A stretch of DNA of 60,032 nucleotides, filler included, from Dugesia japonica (taxonomy: Eukaryota): NCBI GenBank assembly GCA_001938525.1. It is 5 parts of 5 records of this genome, joined end to end, with 100 filler letters (N's around TTAATTAATTAA, not from the genome) between each part and the next. Parts side by side here need not be neighbours in the genome. Positions count along the whole stretch, not along the records: positions 48,379 to 60,032 come from MQRL01503101.1; 4 more parts are not named here. One strand, given 5' to 3'. Within the stretch, counting starts at the first letter, position 1. Each line of letters opens with the position of its first letter. Below, piece by piece: positions 49,323 through 60,032 of the stretch. Position numbers and translations under genes: made by a program. A model generated the notes under the pieces. The model had not been told where the DNA came from. It made no database searches and saw only the letters and a list, made by a program, of their open reading frames with translations.

Positions 49323-49679
49323 CCTGCCAGAATTTTGCAGAAACCTAAGAATAAAATGGATATTTTTTCCATCTGTTCTCAATCAATTTAAAAATCACTT
49401 CAAGTTAATCATACAAGCAGATCCTTAAGACATCATATTTTGACTTCAATTCTTCTATGACATTATTTATTTTATTCAATCNNNNNNNNNNNNNNNNNNN
49501 NNNNNNNNNNNNNNNNNNNNNNNNNNNNNNNNNNNNNNNNNNNNNNNNNNNNNNNNNNNNNNNNNNNNNNNNNNNNNNNNNNNNNNNNNNNNNNNNNNNN
49601 NNNNNNNNNNNNNNNNNNNNNNNNNNNNNNNNNNNNNNNNNNNNNNNNNNNNNNNNNNNNNNNNNNNNNNNNNNNNNNN

Positions 49680-50106
49680 AATTTTATTAATAATATGAGT
49701 TTATTTTGAAAATTATGGTGTAGGTGTATGAAACCCACCAGCATGAAATCAGTTTAAATACTGATTAGTTTTTTGTGTAAATCAGACTTTTCTGCAAAGA
49801 CTGATCCCTACAGGAAACAGTACTTTGTCAAATTAAAATTGATCTGATAGAATTTTAAGAATTTAAGTATATTTGTAAATACCAAAAATAATAAAGGTAT
49901 TTTTACAAATCTTCATTTCATTTATTTATATAAGGCAAGTTACACTATATCACCTTATTTACATCATCATATATTGATTATATAATACAGTACAAACATA
50001 TACAAAGGGATAAAAATCAACACCCATAAAATCGCAAATCAATTATTTATTTTTTTAGCATCAAATACGAACCATAAAATCTTTTGTTGAGTTAGAATAC
50101 CTAACA
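49680..50106 (+). mobile_element. LTR 3' portion, same family as 3790-4535
   Basis: Shared gtgtatgaaaccca...ctgattag, gttacactatat and cataaaatc...tttgttgagtt...tacc(c/t)aaca. Confidence 0.75.
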
Positions 50107-50459
50107 TTTGCAATACACACATACTTGCATGTATTTTTATACAACCACTAATATATCACACATTCAACTTACGATTTTCGGTTTTTGGCAATTGCGGTTG
50201 ATTAACTGCAAAGTCTGGAGCCAATATAAAATTGAAAAACGTATACGAATCTTTATATTTCTACATGGTAATACCATTATTTCGATCTACATTTGACAGA
50301 CTCATGTTCCGAATAATTGATTGCACATATGCCTGAGTAAATTTGGTATCAAAGTCAGTAGTATATATTGACTTTACACTCAAATTTGAAAATGTCGAGC
50401 CAAAGTAGATAATCACCAATTGCTTGTTTCAATAATTAGAAAACAATCCAAATATACTT

Positions 50460-51985
50460 CAATAGTCATTTATGCGAAAAGAGATTGTCTTTATAATCTT
50501 CATGCGAGGTTTTTAGAATTGTAAAATGTACGATATTTGTTTTTTAGAACAATACAATCAAGACTGACTGATCAACAAGAACTTGTCGCTATACTAGTTT
50601 TGTTTCTTTAGGATTCAACTCAACTTTTTCTTTAGCATCTTAAGTATATTTGTAAATTATTGATCCTATATTTCTATTCAATTTGATTATCGCTTTGATT
50701 CCGAACAACAAATATTTTTGTTCCTCAAAGAAATCCAAATGAAGAGCACTGCAAAGCGTCAACTTTGCAGACGTTTTAACCAAATATTTTTACTTGTTAT
50801 CTTCTTTTTGATAGCCTATAACAATGTTAAATGAGTTAAGAAAACCCACCTGATCATTAATACGGGAACTCGAATTCATTACAAAATTTGATCAAACAAA
50901 AACTACGCTTAACACTATTTGTTTATTCAAACAAATTTAAATCCTGAAATTTCATTGACAATCATTTTTATATATTTTTAAGTCGAGATTTTTATTTATT
51001 TAAAATTAGTTTGCTTTAATTTAATTAAAACATTTTATTTATTTATTTAAAATTTTATTCAGGTTAAAAGTTTTATTTATAATAAAAATTAACTTCTTTT
51101 TAAATCGTTATTTTGAAATTTAAAATTGAAACTTTTATTTATTTAATTAGCCAAATTTGCGTTTAGTCAAAATAATTTAATTTATCATTAAACCAAATAT
51201 GTGTTATTTTAATTTTTCAAAAATCATTTAAATCTCTCTTTTAAACAAAAGATTTTAAAAATATGATCACCAATCACACAAAAAATTCAAATTGCTTTTC
51301 AAAAGGCACTCACATCCCCCTTTTTAAGAAAATTTTTTATCTTCTCTACATTTCTTTCAAGACTTTTTCCGTTTGTATCTTCCAGGATGTAACGCCTGTC
51401 ATGAACTTTCCTCTTGATCTTATAAGGTCTTTCATAACGATATTGGTTTTGTTTATTGTTTCAACTTTCACTAAGACTTCATCACCGACCTTGAATTGTC
51501 TTTTGGTTATTATTTCTTTCCCTTGTTCTTTGTGCACTCTGAGTATTTTTTTGTACAATTTTTTTCTGCTAATTTCGTTCCCAAATACAATTTTAACAGG
51601 GCTTTTTCCAATGGATTTTTGTTTTGTAGCATTTAAGGTACATTCTATTTCTGACAATGCATTTACTCAATCTGAGGTTTTTTTCTTGAAGTGTTACATT
51701 TATCATATCCCGCATAGTTCTAAACAGTTTCTCTATTTGTCCATTTGTGTTATGCTGATTTGAACCCGAAAACCTGAGGGTAATTCCATGTTCAGCTGCA
51801 AAATATTTCATTGAGTTAGACTCAAATGCTCTTCCACAATCAACTGAAATTTTTTTCGGACACCCGAACTTTAATACCCAATTCTTCATTATTGCTTTTC
51901 GTATAGTATATTCATATTATCTTCTTATTGCTATTAAGGCAATAAATACTTACTGTATTGATCTATTATACCAAGTACATATCTT
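50460..51985 (-). mobile_element. Gypsy integrase end + PPT + LTR (LTR starts at 51314 going leftward)
   Basis: KNWVLKFGCPKKISVDCG; AAAAAGGGGGA-TGTGAG at 51314. 50460-50750 is the reverse complement of 55547-55845. Confidence 0.88.
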
Positions 51986-54900
51986 ACAAAAGACAAACAT
52001 TTGTTAAACATTTCTAATAACTTGTGCAGATAGTAAAAAGGCAGAAGAAGAAATAATCTTGCAAAAATGGGAAAAAGTAGAAGATATAAAAGAAACACTA
52101 TCATTGCTTGAAAAAATAGAAAAAAGAGAACCTATAAATGTAGTAAAAAACTAAGTGGGTCTAACACGTAGAGAGTGTACTTGAGAGAGAAGGCAAAATA
52201 TCGAGAGAGTTACAAAAAGAACAGAACTACAGTGTTGGACATGCCAGAGTTATGGACATACAAAAAGAGAGTGTACAAAAGTTTCTCATGTGGAATGTTA
52301 GACTTGTCACAAAAAATGCATTTAGGTAAACATTTTCCAGATAATAAACCACCAAAATTTTTTGGGTGTGGTAAGATTAGTCATATCAAAACGATGGGCA
52401 CATAAATTATATGTGATAGATGTAAAAGACCGGGTTACAGAGCCAAAGAATGTTATTTGAGAATTAGTCAACCTAGACTAGAAGAGAAAAGATACACCTT
52501 TAAAAGCGGACAACAAACAAAAGATTAAAGTCAGACCAAACCAATTCATGCCATTCGAGAAGAGGATGATAATCAGAATGAAGAGGTATTTTTGAGAGCA
52601 TTATATAAAACGATGATCCAAGAAGAGAATACCCAAAAGGTAGGGCTTCATCACCAGAGGAGTTGGTCGCAGCCATTCATTAAACGAGTTAACGCTTGAA
52701 TATCCTCAAGAGGCCGAGAAATTGTAGGAGACGAGTAAAGTCAGAGAAAAGGTTTACAGATTCATGAAAAGAGAAAGATTCAATAATGAGGAAGTTAACA
52801 AAAGAGAAATTATAGGAGCAATTGAAGAGAAACAGAACATATAAATTTCATATAATAAATTGCAAGAGAGACCAAGCATTTCAGTGATGATCAATGGTGA
52901 ACAGTTCAATTGTTTGTTAAATACAAGAGCAAGAATAAATGTAATGAGCATGAATGGATTCAGTAGACTCGGAGAAACAATGTTAGAGAAAAGCAAGGAA
53001 CAATTGCATTGCGCGAATAACAGCTTATTGGACACAATTAGAAGGATACGTGTCAAAGTTATAGTTTCTGAGGTGTGCAAGGAAGTAACATTTAAAATGG
53101 TAGAGAAACTAAAACCAAATCTTATTGGTGGAGTAGAATTTTAGAATATTGTTGTGTATCATCCTCAAAAAAAGTGCAGTGCAGAAATCAATAATCATCG
53201 AGAACAATTTGTTTGCAACATCGAGAAAAAAATTGGAAGGCAAATACAAACAGGTGAATAATTGAGACATGCAATGGGGATTCTAGAAATAAACAAATAT
53301 CATAGATTGACTGCAATTAATCACTAAAGGAGGTNNNNNNNNNNNNNNNNNNNNNNNNNNNNNNNNNNNNNNNNNNNNNNNNNNAAAGGAGGTCCAATCA
53401 ACATAAAACCATATCGTCAACCAATGAATCTAGGAGAGAAGATTGAAGAGGCCATCAAAAATCTGTATGATAACAGTATCATCCGGAAGTGTATTTGGCA
53501 ATCGAATACACTATTATTCTGCATGTGTAAAAATGAAAAAAAGGATATATGATTATGCTTAGACTTTAGACAGATCAATGCAATATCAGAAAGACAAGCT
53601 TTTCCTTTGTCAAATGTGGATGAAATGCTGGATGCTTTGGAAGGTACACAGTATTTTAGCTCAATAGACTTGGGAAATGCATACTACCAAGTAGAACTCA
53701 GTGAAGATTCTCAAGAAAAAATGGCTTTTTCAACTAAACAAGAGCAATTTTGTTTCAACTGAATGCCTTGTGGAATTTCAGCAGCACCAGGTACGTTCCA
53801 GGAAATTATGAATAAAGTAATCGGAAAAATAAAAGGAGCGATGGTTTATCTAGACGATATTCTGATATTTACCGAAGCAAAGGAGCAACACTATGAAATA
53901 GTCACTAAAGTATTGACATACATTACTAATGTTAGTCTAAGAGTTAATCCGGAAAAATGTCAATTAATGCTTAAGGAAATAAATTTTTGGCACACGTTAT
54001 CAGTAAAAAAAGGTGTCAAAACAGATCCAACTAAAATAGAAGCAATTAAGAATTTTGGTAAACCAAAATTCATTAAGAAGATGAGAAGCTTTTTAGAAAT
54101 TTGCAAATAAAGATTATTCGAAAAAAAGCTAGATTGCTGGAACAACTGTGTAGTTGGCCGAGTAACAAGGAAATTGAATTGGCGAACGAATAAGAAGGTT
54201 TAAATGGAATGAAAGAAGCACTAATAATACCTCCGATATTATGTTTTCCAGATATAAATAGAGGATTTAATTTGACACGGAAGCACGTTTCGATAAGATT
54301 GGGGCAGTACTATCTCAAAGGGACAGAAATGGGCAAGAAAGAGTTATTGCATATGAAACACACGCAATGACGAGTCATGAGAAAGGATATTGTCTTACGC
54401 GGAAAGAATTAATCGCAATTTACTACTTTTGTATTCATTTGAAACATTACTTATATGGAATGAGATTCATCTTTAGAACAGACCATAAAGCTATCACTTT
54501 TATGCTAAATACCAAGAAGCCAATTACATCACAGTTTCAAACCTGGTTTTATTATTTGTAGATATAAAATCGGTGTAGATATAAAATCGGAATATAGGAA
54601 AAGATCACTTCAAACAAATGCGGATATGTTGTCAAGGAGTAAATGCCATACATGTTCACAATGTCTGATTTCACATGAAGATCCCAAAACTGGATAATTA
54701 CAAACAAGGATGTTAAATACAGTAGATATTCAAAAAATAGGCAATTTTGTAGAAAATAATGAAGGAACATGGACATCTGATGATAAAGTATAATAAGTTA
54801 TATTGAGGATAAACGATATTTTGTATCATGTTGGAGCACAAAAGATAGCGGCGTATATGAAGCATAAATATAACGTGAAACATTTGATGAGCAAAGTACA

Positions 54901-55845
54901 AAGGGCTGTCCAAAGCTTTATAAAATGCTAGAAAGCTAAAGTGTTGACAACAAAAACGAAGGAAGAAACCAAAAAAGACGCAGCCAGCTGAAATGTTTCA
55001 GTTGTTATTTATAGATGTGTATGGATATCTGCCGGAGAATAGGAGTAGGAAAAATATATTCTCGGTATAATAGATCAATGCACTAAGTATGTTATTTTGA
55101 TAGCAATGATAAAATAATATGAAGATACCATACGAAAAACAATAATAAAGTAGTGGGTATTAAAGTTCAGTTGATTGTGAATGAGCATTTGAGTATAAAT
55201 CAATGAAATATTTTAAATCTGAACATATAATTACCCTCAAGTTTTTGAGTTCAAATCATCATAACACAAATGGACAAATCGAGAAACAGTTTAAAATTAT
55301 GCGGGATATGATAAATGGAACACTTCAAGAATAAAACCACAGATTGGGTGGATGTATTGCCAGAAATAGAATGTACCTTAAATGCTTTAAAACAAAAATC
55401 CATCGGAAAAAGCCTCACTGAAATCGTTTATGGGAAAAGAATTAGCAGAGAAAAATTGTACGAAACAAATACTTAAAGAGTGCATAAAGAGCAAAATAAA
55501 GAGATGTTAACCAAAAGACAATTCGATAGCGGTGATGAGGTTTTTCCAGTGCACTTAATTTGGATTTGTTTGAGCAACAAAAATATTTGTTGTCCGGAGT
55601 CAAAGTTATAATCAAATTGAATAGAAATATGGGATCAATAATTTACAAATATACATAAGACGCTAAAGAAAAAGTTGAGTTGAATCCCCAACTATACATT
55701 AAAGAAGCAAAACTAGTAAAGCGACGTGTTCTTATTGATCAGTCAGTCTTGATTGTATTGTTCTAGAAAACCAATATCGTACATTTTTCAATTCCGAAAA
55801 CTACGCATGAAGAATATAAAGACAATCTCTTTTCGCATAAATGAT
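51986..55845 (+). mobile_element. Near-complete degenerate Gypsy gag-PR-RT-RH-IN plus LTR fragment
   Basis: Knuckles CGKISH and CDRCKRPG; CLLNTRARINV; CLDFRQIN; MVYLDDILIF; FRTDHKAI; HHNTNGQIEKQF. LTR piece at 55547-55845. Confidence 0.92.
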
Positions 55846-56380
55846 TACTTTCTTATAATAGATACTTTCTAAATAGATACTTTGATGCTCACGTCTGAGA
55901 TACTTTTCATTTTTTCTAATATAACAACCAATGCGGGAGAACTACAGTCAATTTAATTTAGGAAACTTTTTTCCGGAGACAATATTTTATTTTTGTCTAG
56001 TCAGTTTTAATTTTAAGTTCAATGTTAAAAAATTGGAAGCTATACGTGTTACGTACAACAAGAAAATATAGCTCAAAAATTGAAAAATTGCAATTTTTCG
56101 AGACAAAACTTAAAATATTTCATCCCGCATAAAATTTCGAAATTCAAAATTATCACCATAATGGTCAGTGAAACGTTTTCTATCAAAAAAACATGGTGAT
56201 TTAATTTTACGAGAAGAAAAAAATTTTCGAAAATTTTTATTTTTGAAAAATTATTACTATTCAAATGATGTTAAAATCTGGAAAATTTTCAAAATTTGAT
56301 TTGTTTGCACGAATTTGATATAAAAATTTAAAAATTCCACAATTTTAATAGTATTTAAACGAAATGAGCGTTTTTCGTGA

Positions 56381-57536
56381 TGTTGGGATTGAGCCAACCA
56401 CAAATTGAACTTTTATCGAACAGGTTTTGATTGTTATCCTGATGTAAATAACTCAATGATATTTTGTGATTAATTTTTAGTTGAAACATTTAATTTTAAA
56501 TCTGATTAATTTTTATTTTTATTTTTATCAAAAATTGTGTGAATGATAATAATTTTAACAAAAGTTTTATGTAGTGAATAATAATTTTTTATACATGAAA
56601 ACATACACATAAAAAAATNGACATGCAAACATACGAAACAAAAATAATTAGTATTCAGAAAAGTCAGGAATCAATCAAATCAATGAAGCTATCGGATGAT
56701 GCAGAAATCCAATGTTTCAAGTTCTGGATGTGACTATATTTTTATGACATTATTTGATCGTGTTTTGATCCTTGAATTCAATTTTTATGACATTGTTTGA
56801 TCGTGTTTGTTCCTTGAATTTAACTATGTTTTATGACATAATCTAATCGTGCTTTTTATGTTTTTACTTTTATTATTTTATTAAACCGACACGACATTAT
56901 GAAAATTTTATAAATAGAAAATTAATATTAATTACGAAAATTTTATAAATAGAAAATTAATATTAATTACGAAAATTTTATAAAAAGAAATTAATATCAA
57001 TATTATGTAAATAATTTTATAATAACTGGATTTATCTTATAAATAATTTTATTGGTAATGGATTTATTTTATTGTAAAATTTAGTCATGATTTGAAATGA
57101 NNNNNNNNNNNNNNNNNNNNNNNNNNNNNNNNNNNNNNNNNNNNNNNNNNGGTAATGGATTTATTTTATTGTAAAATTTAGTCATGATTTGAAATGATTG
57201 GCGTGTGTGTATTTTAGAAATCAGAATAAATACTGATTGTTTCTTGTAAGATTTTAGAAATTTGTGAACTGAGAAAACCTGTCTCTACGGCTGGCCTTTT
57301 CTCTGTGTCAATAAATTATAGCGCGTAGTTAACTCTAAATAAAATATTTCAAAAGGTTTTATTTTTATTTTTAATTAAATAAGGTTAATTACACAATACC
57401 ACGTATTTATATTTTGATAATATATTTCATATATATATATTACAGTATTTACATATAAACCTCAACAGTAAAAATCAATTACACACAAGTACGAGAACGA
57501 ACCACAAATATCTTTTGTTGAGTTATATACCCAACA
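56381..57536 (+). mobile_element. Solo LTR with 4-bp target-site duplication
   Basis: TGTTGGG...CCCAACA termini flanked by GTGA on both sides (56377-56380, 57537-57540). The 3' end matches the LTRs ending at 4535 and 50106. Internal ~34-bp tandem repeats. Confidence 0.8.
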
Positions 57537-57624
57537 GTGAATTTAAAATTATTACACCAAAAATTACTGAAAGAACCAGATTTTTAAAAAAACTTACGTA
57601 ATATTACCTAATGCAAACTTTATG

Positions 57625-57885
57625 CTACCACGCCTCCCTAAAAAAAAATTTTGTTTTCCGCGCCTCCCTCTCTACTTTTTTTTAATAGATATACTAATAT
57701 TATACAGGAATTAAATGTATAAAAATANNNNNNNNNNNNNNNNNNNNNNNNNNNNNNNNNNNNNNNNNNNNNNNNNNAGATATCATAGTGTGAAATTTTT
57801 GTTTTCTTAAAAAGTTTTTGGCGCCTCCCCTGGCAATAGCCCGCGCCTGCCCTGGGAGGCGCTCCTCCCAGTTTGGAAACCGCTG
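57625..57885 (-). mobile_element. hAT-like element end
   Basis: CAGCGGTTTCCAAACTGGGAGG terminus with repeated cgcctccc subterminal motifs. The other end was not found. Confidence 0.5.
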
Positions 57886-58467
57886 ACCTAATGTGATGTC
57901 ATAACAAAGTCTCAAACAATAAAAACAGGGATTAAGTGATTGTTTCAGCAGAGGGGTGTGTTCCAGTGCGCTATTATTCCTCTACTAAAGTATAATGAAA
58001 TATATTGAATGTATACTTTTTGAAAATTCTCTTCTTAGGCGTAGTTTTGCAAGTCGGAAAATTGAAAGCTTTGTTAAAGTTTATGATTCTGATTTATGTA
58101 TTTACTGTTTTAGAAATAATTTATATATAAATTAGATGATCATCAGTGCTTGAGATGGTGAGAGAATCAGAAGTTAAAATAAAAATATCACTGTCTCGTA
58201 CATTGGAGTTTTGATGTTTTAACTAATATTTTTTTCTCAATAAAAATAATTATAAAAGTAAATATATAAAAGTTAATTAATATATTGAACGAGTAAGTAA
58301 CTTGAGTTCAGATTTTTCTATTGCGAAATGATCAATTTGTAGTTATTTGTATTTTTAATTAAGACCTAAATAAAAAAACCAAGTAGTGAGGAAATGGTGT
58401 TTTGAGATAATTTTTATTTTATACCTTATTAAGACAAAAACTGGACGAAGGAGTGAAACGACTGATA

Positions 58468-59414
58468 CAGGGTTTAACATCACATTTCAAATTTTTACCA
58501 TTCAATTATAAAAATTTAACATTTTATTTCAGATTTTTTAACGAAAATACACAATAATACTGTAAGAACTATTAATATTTTTTATTCAACACAATGAATG
58601 TAAACTAAATGTTACCCTTCCGTAATAATTTCCCTTTTTAAGCATTTTGGAAGAAATCCAAGCATGTGTCGAAAATATGCTGCACAATCATAACATAAAC
58701 AAATCATAATAGATACATTAAAATCTACTTCATCAACGAAATAGAAGTGGTTTTTATCAATAAGTGATAATAAATGAAAGAAATCATTGGCATATTTTTC
58801 GCGGTCATCTGGAGATTTCTCATCATTTCTCCTTGCTGGTATTAAAGTCGTTCTTTTCAGAGTGTAGTAGAATGATTTTATATATCTGTGAATTGTCATT
58901 GAAATCATTCTTCAATTTTTGGCGAATGTTCTCCAAAGTTATTGAACAATCTGAATCTAGATATTTAATTAAAGATTTCACATGAATATTCTCAATTTTT
59001 CTCTTTCTTTAACCGTCTTTTAAATTTCGAGTGACTCTGTTTTCAGATATATATATCTAAAATGTTAAACTATAAAAATAAAAGCATGGATAAAGAAATT
59101 ACCTTTATAATTGAATAAATGGAAGATATATTTACGTTCATTATCTCAGCGATTTGCTTTTTTGAATGACCATTATCATATGCCTCAATGATTCTTCTTC
59201 ACATTTCGTTGTTAATCATTTTCAAATTTGTGTTTGTATTTGTATAAATAAACAAATAATTATAGTCTATTTACTAGTCTATATACTAAGTCTATGTTTC
59301 TCAATGTATTTTACATTCAAATTTAAATTTACAATTGAATGTTAAAAATTTGAAATAAAATGTTAAACTGTTATTATTGAATGTTAAAAATTTGAAATGT
59401 GAGGTTAAACCCTG
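58468..59414 (-). mobile_element. Tc1/IS630-superfamily transposon, internal deletion derivative
   Basis: ~75-bp TIRs CAGGGTTTAAC.../...GTTAAACCCTG with TA TSD. N-terminal HTH region RRIIEAYDNG, first catalytic motif FYFVDE, then a jump to the C-terminus. Confidence 0.9.
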
Positions 59415-60032
59415 TATAAAAATATTCTTAACATATTTTATTGAATGATAAATCAGTTTATAAAAAAACTAATGAAAATAATAAAAGTAAAAAATAGTTC
59501 AAATAAAATCAATATAATAAATTTTACTTAAATTAAGCATATTTTAAATAATAAATAAATCTTGATAAATCATTATATAATTATTCATTTAAAATAAATG
59601 CGTCTGTCAAAAACCAAAAAAACATATTTGAAAAACGATCAATGGTTATGTCCAACAATTATTCTCGCAATAATTGCAATAGTTAAACAATATAATTATA
59701 GTAAAATAAATTCTAGCGTGATAATTTTTTACAAAAATCAAAGTCAAGAAAAAGTAAGTTTTCAATTTAAAATTTATTAAATTATTTAACTTAGAAATTT
59801 TGTAATATTTCCTATCAAAAGTGAAGTTTATTTAAAAATAAAATTATGAATGACGAAAATATATTTTTTATTTAATTATTGTTTAAAACAAGTATTTTCA
59901 TACTTTCATCATTTTGAATTTGTTTAATTGACTATAATGTTTAACGAAACAGAAGATATTGACGAATTAGATATTAGCAATGCTAATTTATATGAAAATC
60001 TTAGAAAAAAACTGTATTCAATTAGAGATGAA

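Noticed and set aside
49457-49744. ORFs composed mostly of X (also 6795-7094 and 16236-16514)
   Set aside because: They are artefacts of translating through N gaps.
51263-51763. 166-aa hydrophobic ORF resembling a membrane protein
   Set aside because: It is antisense to Lys/Glu-rich Gypsy integrase.
57053-57198. 48-bp direct repeat flanking an N gap
   Set aside because: Most likely an unmerged contig overlap.

Overview
This is very AT-rich eukaryotic DNA from an invertebrate, plausibly a planarian-like flatworm (inferred from a 57-nt GT-AG intron, a class A peptide GPCR and the TE content). It is not prokaryotic. The window joins 5 scaffolds with an artificial 44N-TTAATTAATTAA-44N spacer (11016-11115, 25510-25609, 39876-39975, 48279-48378). 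Most of it is degenerate transposons: several copies of one Ty3/Gypsy family, LTRs, a NeSL-like non-LTR element with a Ulp1-type protease, a Polinton DNA polymerase remnant, a Tc1/IS630 deletion derivative, hAT (SPIN/URR1-like) and other MITEs, and a piggyBac scrap. Host-like genes are a partial GPCR and a spliced NPF-motif gene; a PCIF1/CAPAM-like methyltransferase domain of uncertain origin is also present. The standout is scaffold 25610-39875. Its minus strand carries a ~10.5 kb decayed reading frame that reconstructs as one polyprotein: six tandem [helical + ubiquitin-like] units, AT-hook, Bcl-2-like domain, hydrophobic anchor/signal, chuvirus-like (class III) fusion glycoprotein, aspartic protease, partial RT, RNase H, integrase, AT-hook. 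This is a giant Gypsy-type element with env placed BEFORE pol and fused to an apoptosis regulator. It abuts, head-to-head, a diverged relative with the same layout and an extra signal-peptide ORF after integrase. All domain calls are by-eye motif recognition; no searches were run.
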